DNA of 57,216 nt, taken from positions 1 to 57,216 of IMG/VR virus record IMGVR_UViG_3300009194_000013, one strand, 5' to 3'. The translations under genes and the position numbers were made by a program. The notes under the pieces were generated by a model. The model saw nothing but the letters and a program-made list of their open reading frames with translations. It was not told the DNA's origin and searched no databases. This DNA comes from a virus (Duplodnaviria > Caudoviricetes). Below, piece by piece: positions 18,556 to 29,404 of this stretch. Numbering within the stretch: the stretch's first letter is position 1; every line of letters begins with the position of its first letter.

Positions 18556-21500
18556 ATGGCAATACAAGCTGGCGACGTAAAACTCATCAAGTCTCAAGTG
18601 ATGGATGACGTACCTGAAGGCGGCGGGGCACCCGTTGCAGCAGTCGTTGTCGATGGCACGAGCAACGGCATATTTAACGACATCAGTGAGCTTGACCGCG
18701 CAGGCGGGCGAGTCAACTTAGCCAAAGTCTTTGCCGGTGTTCGCACATCTGACGTCGACGGTTATTTTGGCCTGAATGTCATCGTCTCCGATCCCCCCGA
18801 AGACCCAAACGTGTCGATCACGCTTTTCACAACAGGCGATCAGTTCGACAGACGCGACTCGGCGTCGTCTCGAATGGAGTCGTACTTAGCCCGTGGCCCC
18901 GCTTATCAAGGTTATCTGTTCGGGGACCATATTCAAGGGCAAATGCGAGTCACGCTTTTGCAAAGAAACGAGGCACCAATCCCGTCAGTCGGCACGACAT
19001 TGGTACTAACCAAGGCTCTCGGTCTTAGCAATGAGTTTTCGCAGTATGTGCGTGTAACAGATGTCGCAGTCAGCGTGCGTAATTTCACCGATAGTCAGGC
19101 TGATTTCTCACGCACACAAGTCATTCTTGACATCAGCGATCAATTGCAAGAAGACTTCCCAGGGTTTGACGCGCTACGTCAAGACAGCACGATGAACTAC
19201 ACGGGTAAAACCAAGACATTTGAAACCATTGTCGCCGACGCGGCACGTTATTACGGTGTCGTAGCTTTGGAAGAAGTCGCGACCCTGGGCGATTACACCG
19301 TAAAAGCCGAAGGCATCTATACCCAGCTTGTTCCGAGTACACGCACGGAAGTACCCATTGCCGATGCTCGAATGAACCAACAACTGGTCGCCCAGGTTTC
19401 GACAGGTGGCGCGATCACCAGCAATCTGACCCTGGCCTTTACCACAACGCAGTCTCTGTATATCGGCGGCTCAATCATGCCGAACAGTCTGAGTATTTCT
19501 CGCTCAGGTACAACCTTGACCGATAAAGGGGGGCTGCTCATGCAGAGTGGTACGCCAGTCGGCACAGTTGATTACGACAATGGCATCGTAGCTTTGAGTA
19601 CGAATGTGTTCGGCACATCGTCAGGTGCGCACAGCGTCATCTACGAGCCCGCAACACAGCCGACCATTGTGTCTGAGACGCTGGGTATTGCGGTTACTCA
19701 AGAAGGCCAACGGCTGTCGTATACAGTCACGCTTGACCCAGTTCCACTGCGCAAGACGCTGCAAGTCAGTTATCGTGCGCAGGGCCGCTGGTATGTTCTG
19801 ACCGAAGACGGTAGCGGGGCCATTCGAGGCTCGGACAGCAGCTTTGGCGCAGGCACCCTCAACTACAGCACAGGCACTGTGTCACTGACGCTCGGTGCGC
19901 TGCCAGATGTCGAAAGCCGAGTTATCTTGCTTTGGGGTTCGTCAGCCCCATCGCGCCCTGAGACGCTTGTTCCAGACACTGACCCGATTACGTCGACGTC
20001 AAAGGTTTTTGCAAAATTCGTGACAATCGGTCAGGCCATCAAGCCAGGCACCGTAACGCTTGCATGGAATGACGGGTCGGCGAAGACCGCTACAGACAAC
20101 AACGGCGTGTTGACTGGTGACGCGGTTGGTTCGGTTTACTATGGCGCAGGGCAAATCTATTTTGCACCAAACGTGCTTCCTGCAAAAGGCACAGCCGTAA
20201 CGCTGACTGTATCCGAGGCCGTTCAGCACACCGGAACTGTTGGAGCATTCACTGACGGCGGCTCTGTGTGGAACTTTTCGCTGACTGCTCCGGTAAAGCT
20301 GCGCTCAGTCGAACTCAGCATCATCGGTCAATACGCGAGCCGCGAATACCCTGGCACCGATGCGACCGCGAAAGAGAGTATTCGAGTGTTCGATGATGGG
20401 ACAGGTAATTTGCAGATAGCCAACGTCACTGCGAACTTGACTGTCGGTAGCATCAACTACACAACGGGCGCCTGCTCTATAAGTAAGAGCGTCAGCGGGT
20501 TCAAGTCAGACCAGCCGACATTTGCAAACCGAGTGCCACTCGGGGCGAGTGACCCATCCAGCTATATTAAGCAGACGGGTTACGAGTTGCGCACCGTAGC
20601 TTTGACCGTGCTTAACGGTTCAGGTGGCGCGACGATAGGGCGTCCATCATGGGCTTGGTGGACCGGCACGCAGGGTGATGCTGCCATGTTGCGATACGCT
20701 GGCTCAGATGGCGCGACCGCACAGAACTACCCATTTACACTGGATGAATTGATATATCGCAAGACACGCTTCTTGAATGCATTCGGCTGGGGGGCGGATA
20801 GCTTTTCGACTTTTTATATAGGCTCAGAGCGCCACGTTGTTGCCTCCGAGGGTATTGTGCGAAACCCGTCGCCTGCAACAGGGGAGGGTACCGTTGTGGG
20901 CAACTCGTCATCAAATACACTGACTTTGACTGAGTGGATTCCAGGGGTTAGCCCCGTGCCGGATAACACGCGCTCTACCAGTGTTGTACCCGTATCCGGG
21001 GTCGGTACTCTATTACTGACAGACACTGCAACTTTTCGTACTGCCGTGGCTCCGCTTATCAATGGAGGCTTCAGCATTATCGGCACATGGCAAGACGGAG
21101 CCACATTCAACGCGACTGCAAACTCTTCAGGCATCATCTCAACCGGATCGGCACCTGTTGGCGAGACGCCTGGTAGTCGCGGCATTTTTGGCGTCGTTGA
21201 TTACGAGATGGGCATCGCTGACGTGCGCTTCGGTCGCCGCGTTCCAGCGAGCATGGCCGCTGAGTCCGATGTGATCGACATCAGCGAACTCGGCCTAGTC
21301 GGGGTCACCTACATCCAAAGCCGAGGTGTGCAAAGTGACAGTCTGCGATACAACGCAGTCGGCTACGCATACTTACCGCTTGACCCAGTGATTCTCGGGC
21401 TCAACCCTGTGCGCCTACCTGCCGATGGGCGTGTGCCTATCTTCAGGCCAGGATCGTTTGCAGTCATTGGTCATACCGGAACCGTTGGACCAGCTACCGT

Positions 21501-22239
21501 TAGCAATGGGCAAACGATCAATTGCGGTCGAATCCGCCTGTCTCGCGTGCGAGTCATCGGAAACAACGGTGTCGTCATCAACACAGGTTACAGCGCCGAT
21601 CTCGACACCGGCCTGGTCACATTTAGCGACGTAACCGGCTACTCTCAGCCAGTTACGGTCGAGCACCGTATTGAGGACATGACCCTGGTGCGTGACGCTC
21701 AGATCAACGGGCAGTTGAGCTTTACTCGCCCTGTTACGCATGACTACCCGGTTCCCGGTTCCTACGTTTCCAGTGCTCTTGTCGGTGGCGACGTGCGTGC
21801 TCGTACTTCGCTTGTTTTCGATCAGCTCACTTGGACGAATGTGTGGAGCGATTCTGTCATCGGAGGCGCGGCTAACGGCACATATAACGACGCTCAGAAT
21901 CCAATCACCGTCACAAACAGCGGAGCCTTGACCGAACGCTGGGCGTGTGTGTTTACCAGCAGCACAGCGTTCAATGTCATAGGCGAGCATGTCGGGATCA
22001 TCGCGACTGGCAACACCGGCAGCGACTGCGCCCCTAACAACCCGGCGACGAGCTTGCCGTACTTCACCATCCCATCGGCAGGCTGGGGTCTTGGCTGGGC
22101 TGTCGGCAACGTCCTTCGCTTCAACACGATTGCTGCGATGGCACCTTTGTGGGTTGCCCGCACAATCCTGCAAGGCCCTGAGACAGTGACCGATGACAAC
22201 TTCACGATCTTGATCCGTGGCGACGTAGACCACCCCTAA
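18556..22239 (+). CDS. Large tail tip/baseplate protein
   Basis: 1227 aa, T/G/S-rich; repeated G.VDY..G motifs; LGLNPVRLPADGRVPIFR. Confidence 0.75.
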   Translation: MAIQAGDVKLIKSQVMDDVPEGGGAPVAAVVVDGTSNGIFNDISELDRAGGRVNLAKVFAGVRTSDVDGYFGLNVIVSDPPEDPNVSITLFTTGDQFDRRDSASSRMESYLARGPAYQGYLFGDHIQGQMRVTLLQRNEAPIPSVGTTLVLTKALGLSNEFSQYVRVTDVAVSVRNFTDSQADFSRTQVILDISDQLQEDFPGFDALRQDSTMNYTGKTKTFETIVADAARYYGVVALEEVATLGDYTVKAEGIYTQLVPSTRTEVPIADARMNQQLVAQVSTGGAITSNLTLAFTTTQSLYIGGSIMPNSLSISRSGTTLTDKGGLLMQSGTPVGTVDYDNGIVALSTNVFGTSSGAHSVIYEPATQPTIVSETLGIAVTQEGQRLSYTVTLDPVPLRKTLQVSYRAQGRWYVLTEDGSGAIRGSDSSFGAGTLNYSTGTVSLTLGALPDVESRVILLWGSSAPSRPETLVPDTDPITSTSKVFAKFVTIGQAIKPGTVTLAWNDGSAKTATDNNGVLTGDAVGSVYYGAGQIYFAPNVLPAKGTAVTLTVSEAVQHTGTVGAFTDGGSVWNFSLTAPVKLRSVELSIIGQYASREYPGTDATAKESIRVFDDGTGNLQIANVTANLTVGSINYTTGACSISKSVSGFKSDQPTFANRVPLGASDPSSYIKQTGYELRTVALTVLNGSGGATIGRPSWAWWTGTQGDAAMLRYAGSDGATAQNYPFTLDELIYRKTRFLNAFGWGADSFSTFYIGSERHVVASEGIVRNPSPATGEGTVVGNSSSNTLTLTEWIPGVSPVPDNTRSTSVVPVSGVGTLLLTDTATFRTAVAPLINGGFSIIGTWQDGATFNATANSSGIISTGSAPVGETPGSRGIFGVVDYEMGIADVRFGRRVPASMAAESDVIDISELGLVGVTYIQSRGVQSDSLRYNAVGYAYLPLDPVILGLNPVRLPADGRVPIFRPGSFAVIGHTGTVGPATVSNGQTINCGRIRLSRVRVIGNNGVVINTGYSADLDTGLVTFSDVTGYSQPVTVEHRIEDMTLVRDAQINGQLSFTRPVTHDYPVPGSYVSSALVGGDVRARTSLVFDQLTWTNVWSDSVIGGAANGTYNDAQNPITVTNSGALTERWACVFTSSTAFNVIGEHVGIIATGNTGSDCAPNNPATSLPYFTIPSAGWGLGWAVGNVLRFNTIAAMAPLWVARTILQGPETVTDDNFTILIRGDVDHP

Positions 22240-22253
22240 CCTGAGAGACCATC

Positions 22254-23426
22254 ATGGCTGACACATCCGTAAAATTCTTCCATAGCTCCATGAGTGGGGC
22301 GCCAGTGCTCAACGGCGTTGCCGGTGCGATGATCGGGCTTCTCGACGCTTGCCTGGTCAACGGCTTCGGCTCAGGCAACGTCGACAGCATCGTCATCGCA
22401 AGTGGCGTGGCCACAGTCACGCGCTCAGCAGGGCATCCGTTTGAGGTCGGCAGCGTTGCGCTGATCGCAGGGGCTACCGTTACGGGCGGCTCAATCAACG
22501 GCGAGCAGAAAGTGCTGTCTGTTACGACCAACACATATACGTTCGCGTGTGCAGGTATTTCCAATCAGACGGCCACCGGAACGATCACACACAAGCTGGC
22601 ACCGCTCGGCTGGACGAAGCAATACAGCGGCACGAACTTGGCGGCTTACAAGTCGTCTGACGTTACATCGACCGGACTTTTTCTGCGCGTTAACGACACG
22701 GGTACAACAAGCTCTCGGGTTGTAGGCTATGAGACGATGAGTGATGTCGACACGGGTATTGGCGCTTTTCCAACAGGCGGACAGATGTCAGGCGGCCTCT
22801 ACTGGCCAAAATCCAACGCCGCCGATTCGACATCGCGTCCTTGGATTTTGATTGGCGACGGTCGGATCATGTATTTGATGAGCACCTACAGCACGAATCA
22901 ATCCGGCAACTACGGTTTTGATTCCGTGTTTGGCGACATCAACTCAGTTAAAAGTTCTGATGCGTATGGCTGTCTAATAAACGGCTTTACGAATACCTCT
23001 TTTGGCACAGCCGGTCAAAACTCCTGCGACTACGATACGTCAGACATAGGCGCGGCGTCAACCGGACTTTATGTTGCGCGACCATACACGGGTTTAGGGG
23101 GTTCAATTGCTGGGCGCAGAGCGTTCCCGTGCCTGGTCGGTAGCCAGACACGTTCTGGTGCTACGGGTGGTAACGCGCCAATGACGTATCCAAACCATGC
23201 CGATGGCGGCATTTACTTAACGCAGGCGTACATTGCAGACTCAGGTCTGTCAGTGCTCCGGGGTACTTCGCCAGGTTTTTATTGCTCCGGTCAGACTATC
23301 GGCGTATCAGTTTTCGCATCTCGGGACAAACTAACGGGTGTCACCGGGCTGAGTGGCAAGACGCTCATGGCTGTTAACTCGTTAGTTGGTGTTTTCTTCT
23401 TTGACATTACAGGGCCTTGGAGATAA
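22254..23426 (+). CDS. Tail fiber/tail-associated protein
   Basis: GAPVLNG..GAMIGLLDACLVNGFG N-terminus; DITGPW C-terminus. Confidence 0.65.
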   Translation: MADTSVKFFHSSMSGAPVLNGVAGAMIGLLDACLVNGFGSGNVDSIVIASGVATVTRSAGHPFEVGSVALIAGATVTGGSINGEQKVLSVTTNTYTFACAGISNQTATGTITHKLAPLGWTKQYSGTNLAAYKSSDVTSTGLFLRVNDTGTTSSRVVGYETMSDVDTGIGAFPTGGQMSGGLYWPKSNAADSTSRPWILIGDGRIMYLMSTYSTNQSGNYGFDSVFGDINSVKSSDAYGCLINGFTNTSFGTAGQNSCDYDTSDIGAASTGLYVARPYTGLGGSIAGRRAFPCLVGSQTRSGATGGNAPMTYPNHADGGIYLTQAYIADSGLSVLRGTSPGFYCSGQTIGVSVFASRDKLTGVTGLSGKTLMAVNSLVGVFFFDITGPWR

Positions 23427-23428
23427 GC

Positions 23429-24472
23429 ATGACACCTTTTGAGGCCAGTACACTTTTATTGACGCACTGTGATGACTTCACCGATAAAGCCCCGCGTCGG
23501 CAAACGCTTTTTCAATCCTTTCCGACGTATCCTGTATCAATCAATACAACTACGAAAAAGTTTGGAAGCGGCGCTATTGATCTCGGCGATGGCGTGCAAG
23601 TAAGAGGGGCATACTGCGTGTGCCGTAGACCTGAAAGTCTCCCTTTTACTTTAGAAGGATGGGTTTATATTCGCAGCAACGCGGCGACGTCCAGGGCCTT
23701 ATTCGGGCTGCACATGCAGCCTGCCGCATCCGGCATCCCTATAGTTAGCTTAACGATCAATTCCTCTAACCGTCTGACGCTGAATCTACGCCTTAGTAAC
23801 GGTACCTACCTTGACGCTAGCGACACGAGCGACATAACGCTAAACCAGTGGCTGCATGTGGCTTATACGCGAGACCATGAGAACACGTTACGCCTATTTT
23901 TAGGTGGTCAGCAGGTGGGGGTCGTCAGTCAATCTGTCAGTGACGGGACTTACACGCCGGACGATTACAACTTCGCGCTAGGACGCCCGCCCGGCAGTGC
24001 ATTGCCGGTAGCCGACGCACTGGTCGACGAAGTTCGATTCGTTGCAGGCTATTGTGTTTACGCGGCTGACTTTACACCACCGGCAGCACCATTCGACGAC
24101 TGCCCGCTCGTGGATTTAGGCTTTATTTATCCAAGCGATCTAACGCGCAAAGAGCCTACATTCACGTCAATCACAAAGAAGTATGTGGCGCCGATCCCGT
24201 CATTGATGGACGTGTACCACGGCGGTGATGGACGCATTGACGCCACCGTCAAAGAAAAGGGCACGCCAGACATGCCGCTTCGTCGTAAAGTGCGCCTGGT
24301 CAGAGAGCGCGACGGCACTGTAGTCCGCGAAACATGGAGCGATCCTGTTACGGGCGCGTACAGCTTCACCAACATCAACCGCAATGAGCGCTACACCGTC
24401 ATCAGCTACGACTACGAGTTCAACTACCGTGCTGTGATTGCCGACAATCTGCAACCGGACGCAATGACATGA
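23429..24472 (+). CDS. LamG-domain tail protein
   Basis: FTLEGWVY, NQWLHVAYTR, VDEVRF, FTPPAAPF; C-terminal RKVRL...SDPVTGAYSF domain. Confidence 0.75.
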   Translation: MTPFEASTLLLTHCDDFTDKAPRRQTLFQSFPTYPVSINTTTKKFGSGAIDLGDGVQVRGAYCVCRRPESLPFTLEGWVYIRSNAATSRALFGLHMQPAASGIPIVSLTINSSNRLTLNLRLSNGTYLDASDTSDITLNQWLHVAYTRDHENTLRLFLGGQQVGVVSQSVSDGTYTPDDYNFALGRPPGSALPVADALVDEVRFVAGYCVYAADFTPPAAPFDDCPLVDLGFIYPSDLTRKEPTFTSITKKYVAPIPSLMDVYHGGDGRIDATVKEKGTPDMPLRRKVRLVRERDGTVVRETWSDPVTGAYSFTNINRNERYTVISYDYEFNYRAVIADNLQPDAMT

Positions 24473-24861
24473 CGCTTCATATATCAACTACGCACGCGAA
24501 TGACCGACTCAATGGAACCGTGAGTAGTCTCGATAGAGGCACGGCTCACGCCAAGATTCGCCTGTACAACGGTACACAACCAGCGGCAGGCGGATCAGCG
24601 ACGACACTTCTCGCTGAGATCGTCCTGACAAAGCCATGCGGCACCGTGACAGGTGGCGTGCTGACGTTGACGCAGGAGAATGATTACGACATTGCCGTTG
24701 CCAATGGTGTCGCCACCTGGGCACGCTTCATCGACGGTGACGGCAACTGGTCAATTGATTGTGATGTCAGTGATGCGGCAGGCTCAGCACCAGTCAAGAT
24801 CGACGACACCTCGATCATTGCCGGTGGCCAGGTTATTTTGATGTCGGCTGTATTGGGGTAA
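24469..24861 (+). CDS. Tail-associated protein
   Basis: IRLYNGTQP, GVATWARF, DCDV. Confidence 0.65.
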   Translation: MTLHISTTHANDRLNGTVSSLDRGTAHAKIRLYNGTQPAAGGSATTLLAEIVLTKPCGTVTGGVLTLTQENDYDIAVANGVATWARFIDGDGNWSIDCDVSDAAGSAPVKIDDTSIIAGGQVILMSAVLG

Positions 24862-24864
24862 CGC

Positions 24865-26730
24865 ATGGCTAGTGCTGACCTCATATTTGAGTACCCGCCA
24901 GCGTCGAATGGCGATCTGATATTTGGGGGCGCGCCTGTACCTGAAGGCGCATACGAGGTCACGGTAAATGCAACCCTACCTTCACTGGTTATCGCAGTAG
25001 TTATCGGCGATCCAAGGGAAGTTGAAGTAGATGCACTGCTACCCAGCCTGTCGCTCGCAGTTGAAGTCAGTTACGACATTGCAGTTGAGCGTCCGGTCGT
25101 AGGCTCGGTGGCCACCGATTGGCAGAAGGCTGGCCAGGCTAAGAGCGGGAGCGAAGTTCGCGCTCAAGGTGTGCAGCATCTGCCATACGGGCGGCAGACA
25201 ACTTGGCAGACTGCTAAACCAGTTGACGCAAGTACAACCGTCCGCAAGCCAAAGACCTTCAAGTCACTCAAGACGTCAAACACACCTGCCAACCAAGACG
25301 GCGCTCAGATGTCTGCTCAGACTAAATCGGCTCACCATGTCATGCTGCGCGACAAGCGCGTGACGCAGGTTTCTCGTTTCCAAGATGGTATAGACCGACG
25401 CGCAGAAGTCGCGACAAGCTATCAAGATCGCTATAGAGATCGCAGACCGTCGCTTAAAAGTGCCATGCAGACGGCGCAAGCGCTTCGCAAGATGGTGGCA
25501 GGATCGTTCGGTGTTGGCGTCAGCGTGCGTGTGGCGAGACTGGCCAGGCATCAAGACGCGATGCGCCCACCGGCAGGCATTGAGACTGCTGTTGTCCCTC
25601 CGACGCCAACACCTTGCTACACACCTTCCCCGCATGTGCTGTTCAGTCAGATACCTGGCGGCAGCAACTTGCTTTTCATTTGCAACAATCATGTCTTGCC
25701 TGGTGGCGAGACCGTAATCGTTCCTGTTCGGAGGGTCTATATGGTTATCAACGACGTCTACTTGCGTCGAGTTGCCGGTAATGTTTATTTGCCGAACTAC
25801 TCGATGTCACTCTCGATTGACGTTGACTCTTGGACATGGGGCTTCAACGCATCGCTGCCTGCCGAAATGCTCGGCAATCTGCAACCTGACGTTGACGGCG
25901 AGCCAGTCGAGCTTGAGGCTAGCATCAATGGCAATGCGTATCGCATCCTGGCCGAGAACATCAGTCGAGACCGCACTTTCGCAAATGCTCGAATCAGCGT
26001 GTCGGGGCGTGGTAAGGGTGCGCTGCTCGCGTCGCCATATTCCCCTGTGCTCACGTTCGCCAACACCATTGACCGCACGGCTCAGCAACTGATGGCCGAT
26101 GTGCTGCAAGTCAACGGCATTCCGCTTGACTGGGATATTGACTGGCAGCTTGACGACTGGCTGGTGCCCGCAAACGTGTTCAATGTCCAGGGTAGCTACA
26201 TGGATGGCTTAAACGCGATAACAGGCGCAGCCGGGGCTTACTTGCAGCAACATCCCGTGTCGCAGCAATTCAGCGCTCTGTTGCGCTACCCGGTGGCGCC
26301 TTGGGAGTGGGGCGACGTGACACCCGACTTCGAGTTGCCAAGCGACGTCACTGAGCGCGAGAGCATTGAATGGCGCAATCGTCCGAACTACAACCGCGTG
26401 TATGTGAGCGGCACAAGCCAGGGTGTTTTGTGTCGCGTCAGCCGCGAAGGCAGTGCTGGCGACTTGGCGGCGCCTATGATTGTTGATCCGCTCATCACTG
26501 CGGCTGCGGCTGGTCGTCAGCGAGGTCTTAGCGTACTGGCCAATACAGGGCGCCAAGCGATGATCGGGCTGCGTCTACCTGTGCTACCTGAGACCGGCAT
26601 CATCACACCCGGCAAGTTCGTTCGCTACGTTGATAATGGCTTGTCGAGGATTGGCTTGGTGCGAGGTGTCTCAGTCGACAGCCGCCATCCGGCTACCTGG
26701 CAGTCGTTGCAGTTGGAGACACACGAATGA
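24865..26730 (+). CDS. Tail tip/hub-like protein
   Basis: In tail operon; DSWTWGF, YPVAPWEW, YNRVYVSG. Confidence 0.65.
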   Translation: MASADLIFEYPPASNGDLIFGGAPVPEGAYEVTVNATLPSLVIAVVIGDPREVEVDALLPSLSLAVEVSYDIAVERPVVGSVATDWQKAGQAKSGSEVRAQGVQHLPYGRQTTWQTAKPVDASTTVRKPKTFKSLKTSNTPANQDGAQMSAQTKSAHHVMLRDKRVTQVSRFQDGIDRRAEVATSYQDRYRDRRPSLKSAMQTAQALRKMVAGSFGVGVSVRVARLARHQDAMRPPAGIETAVVPPTPTPCYTPSPHVLFSQIPGGSNLLFICNNHVLPGGETVIVPVRRVYMVINDVYLRRVAGNVYLPNYSMSLSIDVDSWTWGFNASLPAEMLGNLQPDVDGEPVELEASINGNAYRILAENISRDRTFANARISVSGRGKGALLASPYSPVLTFANTIDRTAQQLMADVLQVNGIPLDWDIDWQLDDWLVPANVFNVQGSYMDGLNAITGAAGAYLQQHPVSQQFSALLRYPVAPWEWGDVTPDFELPSDVTERESIEWRNRPNYNRVYVSGTSQGVLCRVSREGSAGDLAAPMIVDPLITAAAAGRQRGLSVLANTGRQAMIGLRLPVLPETGIITPGKFVRYVDNGLSRIGLVRGVSVDSRHPATWQSLQLETHE

Positions 26731-26951
26731 GTCTGAATCTATTCAAACAGTTCAAGTCGCTGATCCCTACGCCGCCGCTTTTTGTCGGCGAGGTGATTAC
26801 GTTCATCAACGGGACGGCGACAATCGAGTTACCTGACGGCGGGCGCGTACAGGCTCGCGGTGAGGCGACGATAGGTGATCGGGTATTTGTGCATGACGGG
26901 ATCATTCAAGGCCCTGCACCTGATCTGACTTTGGAAATCATTGAAGTTTGA
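26727..26951 (+). CDS. Small OB-fold-like tail protein
   Basis: LFVGEV...ARG..IGDRVFV.DG.IQG. Confidence 0.65.
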   Translation: MSLNLFKQFKSLIPTPPLFVGEVITFINGTATIELPDGGRVQARGEATIGDRVFVHDGIIQGPAPDLTLEIIEV

Positions 26952-26962
26952 AAGGCACTGCG

Positions 26963-27481
26963 ATGGACTTCGACAAAGCATTCGAGCGGCTGATTGGCCA
27001 TGAAGGTGGATTTCAGCGCGACCCACACGACCGAGCCAACTGGTCTACTGGAAAGATCGGTCAAGGTGAGTTGCGCGGCACCAAGTACGGCATCAGCGCA
27101 ATGTCATACCCAGGTGAAGACATTGAGAACTTGACGCTTGAGCGTGCGAAGTTTCTCTACTACCGTGACTTTTGGGCAGCGGCTGGTTGCGACTTGGTTC
27201 CGGTGCCGGTCAAGTACGCGCTGTTCGACACAGCAGTGCATACCTCGGCACCAGGCAAACCAGTGACTGCGATCAAGATGCTTCAGCGCTCAGTCGGTGC
27301 GCACGACGATGGTATCTTGGGTAGCCGCACTGCGATGGCCATCGCCAACTTCGATCCCTACCGATTACTGGCCAGGTTCATCGGTGAACGTATTGACTAC
27401 ACGAACAACAATCGAGAGCAGTGGGCTCGTTACGGGGCCGGTTGGAGTCAGCGTTTTGCTGAGATTTTGAAAGCAGCTTGA
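26963..27481 (+). CDS. Endolysin, glycoside hydrolase family 108 with PG-binding C-terminus
   Basis: IGHEGG, TKYGIS, LFDTAV, DGILG..T, YGAGW..R. Confidence 0.9.
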   Translation: MDFDKAFERLIGHEGGFQRDPHDRANWSTGKIGQGELRGTKYGISAMSYPGEDIENLTLERAKFLYYRDFWAAAGCDLVPVPVKYALFDTAVHTSAPGKPVTAIKMLQRSVGAHDDGILGSRTAMAIANFDPYRLLARFIGERIDYTNNNREQWARYGAGWSQRFAEILKAA

Positions 27482-27493
27482 AAGGAAAGCATC

Positions 27494-28087
27494 ATGGATT
27501 GGAAAAAAGTAATCGGTGCGATTGCACCTGGTCTTGCGACTGCATTGGGTGGCCCTCTCGCCGGGGCCGCAGTTGGCGTCTTGGCTGAGAAGGTTTTAGG
27601 CGGCTCAAGTGGCGATCCTGTGACGGACGAAGCCAAGCTGGCGGGTATCCTGAGCGGAGGCATGACGCCTGAGTTGCAAGCCAAAGTCATCGAAGCAGAG
27701 ACCGCGCTGAAGCTCGAAGCCATGCGCATGGGGCTCGAAGAAAAGAAGCTGGATGCTGCCACCGATCACGCCTACTTGAACGACGTGTCGGATGCTCGCA
27801 AGAACACTTCAATGGACAAGGACGTGCTTGGACTTGGCATTGCTGTTTTGATTGTGTGGGGTGTCTTGACCGCAGGCACTTTGTTGGGCTTGTACAAAGT
27901 ATTGATCGGAGGCATCGAGATCGAAGACATCGGTATTGCTGCCACGGTGTTTACGGTACTCGGCTCGATCATTGGCTATGTGAGCAACAGCGCACAACAA
28001 GTTTTGGGTTACTACTTTGGATCGTCTCGCGGCTCAAACCAAAAGACAGCCGCAATGGCCGAAGCGATCAGCAATATCCGCAAGTAA
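27494..28087 (+). CDS. Holin-like membrane protein
   Basis: APGLATALGGPLAG, two TM segments, YYFGSSRGS. Confidence 0.7.
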   Translation: MDWKKVIGAIAPGLATALGGPLAGAAVGVLAEKVLGGSSGDPVTDEAKLAGILSGGMTPELQAKVIEAETALKLEAMRMGLEEKKLDAATDHAYLNDVSDARKNTSMDKDVLGLGIAVLIVWGVLTAGTLLGLYKVLIGGIEIEDIGIAATVFTVLGSIIGYVSNSAQQVLGYYFGSSRGSNQKTAAMAEAISNIRK

Positions 28088-28106
28088 CAAATCTCGCAGG
28101 GCCTTA

Positions 28107-28143
28107 ACCCAGGGTGTCGAAAGACCCCTGGGTCTTTTTATTT
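28107..28143. terminator. Terminator between convergent arms
   Basis: ACCCAGGG/CCCTGGGT stem + T-tract. Confidence 0.75.
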
Positions 28144-28308
28144 AAAGTAGAGTGACCCGAAGCCGCTGTAGTTGCACCCGTCAATTTTTAAAGACGTGAC
28201 AACCCCGATGTAACCAGGCGTCTTCTTGTTATCTCGATGTATTCGAGCCACGGCTCTACGAATACGTTGCCTAGCTGCAAACCGATCTTTCTTAGACTGA
28301 CGGCTCAT
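28138..28308 (-). CDS. Hypothetical basic protein (56 aa; not in ORF track)
   Basis: MSRQSKKDRF...; ATGA overlap with upstream gene. Confidence 0.55.
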   Translation of the reverse strand: MSRQSKKDRFAARQRIRRAVARIHRDNKKTPGYIGVVTSLKIDGCNYSGFGSLYFK

Positions 28309-28535
28309 GACTTCGAGGCATCGTCTTTGGCCAAAGCATCGCGCATCGCTTTCAACTCGGCTTCCACCCTTTTGTTGATGACGTGTTCGCCCAGTATTTC
28401 AGACCAACGCTGCGGAGCCATCCAGCCCAGCACGAAGCTGGTGTGTGCGAGCCTGGCCAGGGTGCCGAGCAGGCTAAATGGGGAGAAGAAAACAAGACCG
28501 AACAATGAGCCGATTAGTGCGATTGCGAGTTTCAT
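28305..28535 (-). CDS. Hypothetical membrane protein
   Basis: Hydrophobic N-terminus; ATGA overlaps. Confidence 0.6.
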   Translation of the reverse strand: MKLAIALIGSLFGLVFFSPFSLLGTLARLAHTSFVLGWMAPQRWSEILGEHVINKRVEAELKAMRDALAKDDASKS

Positions 28536-28840
28536 GTGTTGCCTTTCAAACGAGGAACATCCTCAATGATCCTGGCGTCAACGTCGATGACGTCTTTTCG
28601 CGCAGGGGGTTGATATACGAACTCGACTGTGCCGGTTGATTTGTATTCCATCCAGTCGAGTCGACCATGACCGATGATTCGATCAGATTCTTCAAAGCCT
28701 TCGGGTGACGCGTCCCACTCAGGGCACAACCTGATTTGTTCGCCAGATTGGCGAACAGGTATACCGGCTGCACGCAGCTTTTTAACGACGCAAGTGATGC
28801 CTTGTTCTTGCTCGGCTCGGGTGACACGGACGCGGATCAT
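28532..28840 (-). CDS. Hypothetical protein
   Basis: Tiles in operon. Confidence 0.55.
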   Translation of the reverse strand: MIRVRVTRAEQEQGITCVVKKLRAAGIPVRQSGEQIRLCPEWDASPEGFEESDRIIGHGRLDWMEYKSTGTVEFVYQPPARKDVIDVDARIIEDVPRLKGNT

Positions 28841-28841
28841 T

Positions 28842-29201
28842 TCAAACCTGCTTTCTTTGTCGCATGTGTGGTGGCACGAAGTCAGATGGGTACGCCCCAT
28901 TGCTGAAACGCGGTGTCCAATCTGGCATTGGGGCGATTATTGACATGGTGACGCCAAGTTCTTTTAGACCAATTGCAATTGCGTCAAAGTCAAGGCGAGA
29001 CATCACCGTCAACAAGTCGTGACCAGCCCTGTCGATACGCGCATAGATACGTGCGCCAGCAGACGGATGACATGAGTATTCCATCAGGAAGGCGATGAAG
29101 GCATCCTTGTCATTTGGCAGGCCGTCGAAGCGCAGCCCAACGCCTTCGTACTCTGCGTATGGCCAGGGCTCTTGCCATAGTGATTTGAAGCGAGGTGTCA
29201 T
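28842..29201 (-). CDS. Hypothetical protein
   Basis: Tiles in operon. Confidence 0.55.
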   Translation of the reverse strand: MTPRFKSLWQEPWPYAEYEGVGLRFDGLPNDKDAFIAFLMEYSCHPSAGARIYARIDRAGHDLLTVMSRLDFDAIAIGLKELGVTMSIIAPMPDWTPRFSNGAYPSDFVPPHMRQRKQV

Positions 29202-29404
29202 CAGTAAAACCTCAAAGGAATAACGAAATCAGCAAAGCCCTCGCAGTGACAGCGGGCTTCTTTTTGAAATGCTGAGCAAACATGCAAGCGGGTCGGCGAC
29301 TCGTGCAGCCGAAAAGTACCGTAGTGCAAACCCCACGCCAGGCCATGTTTACTACAGTAGCGGCAGGTGTAGTTGAATTCAAGCCGCCTTGCGTCGTGTC
29401 TCAT
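29201..29404 (-). CDS. Hypothetical zinc-binding protein
   Basis: CRYC...HVC. Confidence 0.55.
   Translation of the reverse strand: MRHDARRLEFNYTCRYCSKHGLAWGLHYGTFRLHESPTRLHVCSAFQKEARCHCEGFADFVIPLRFY

Noticed and set aside
18556-26730. Diversity-generating retroelement or invertible tail-fiber cassette
   Set aside because: No reverse transcriptase, invertase or template/variable repeat pair was seen
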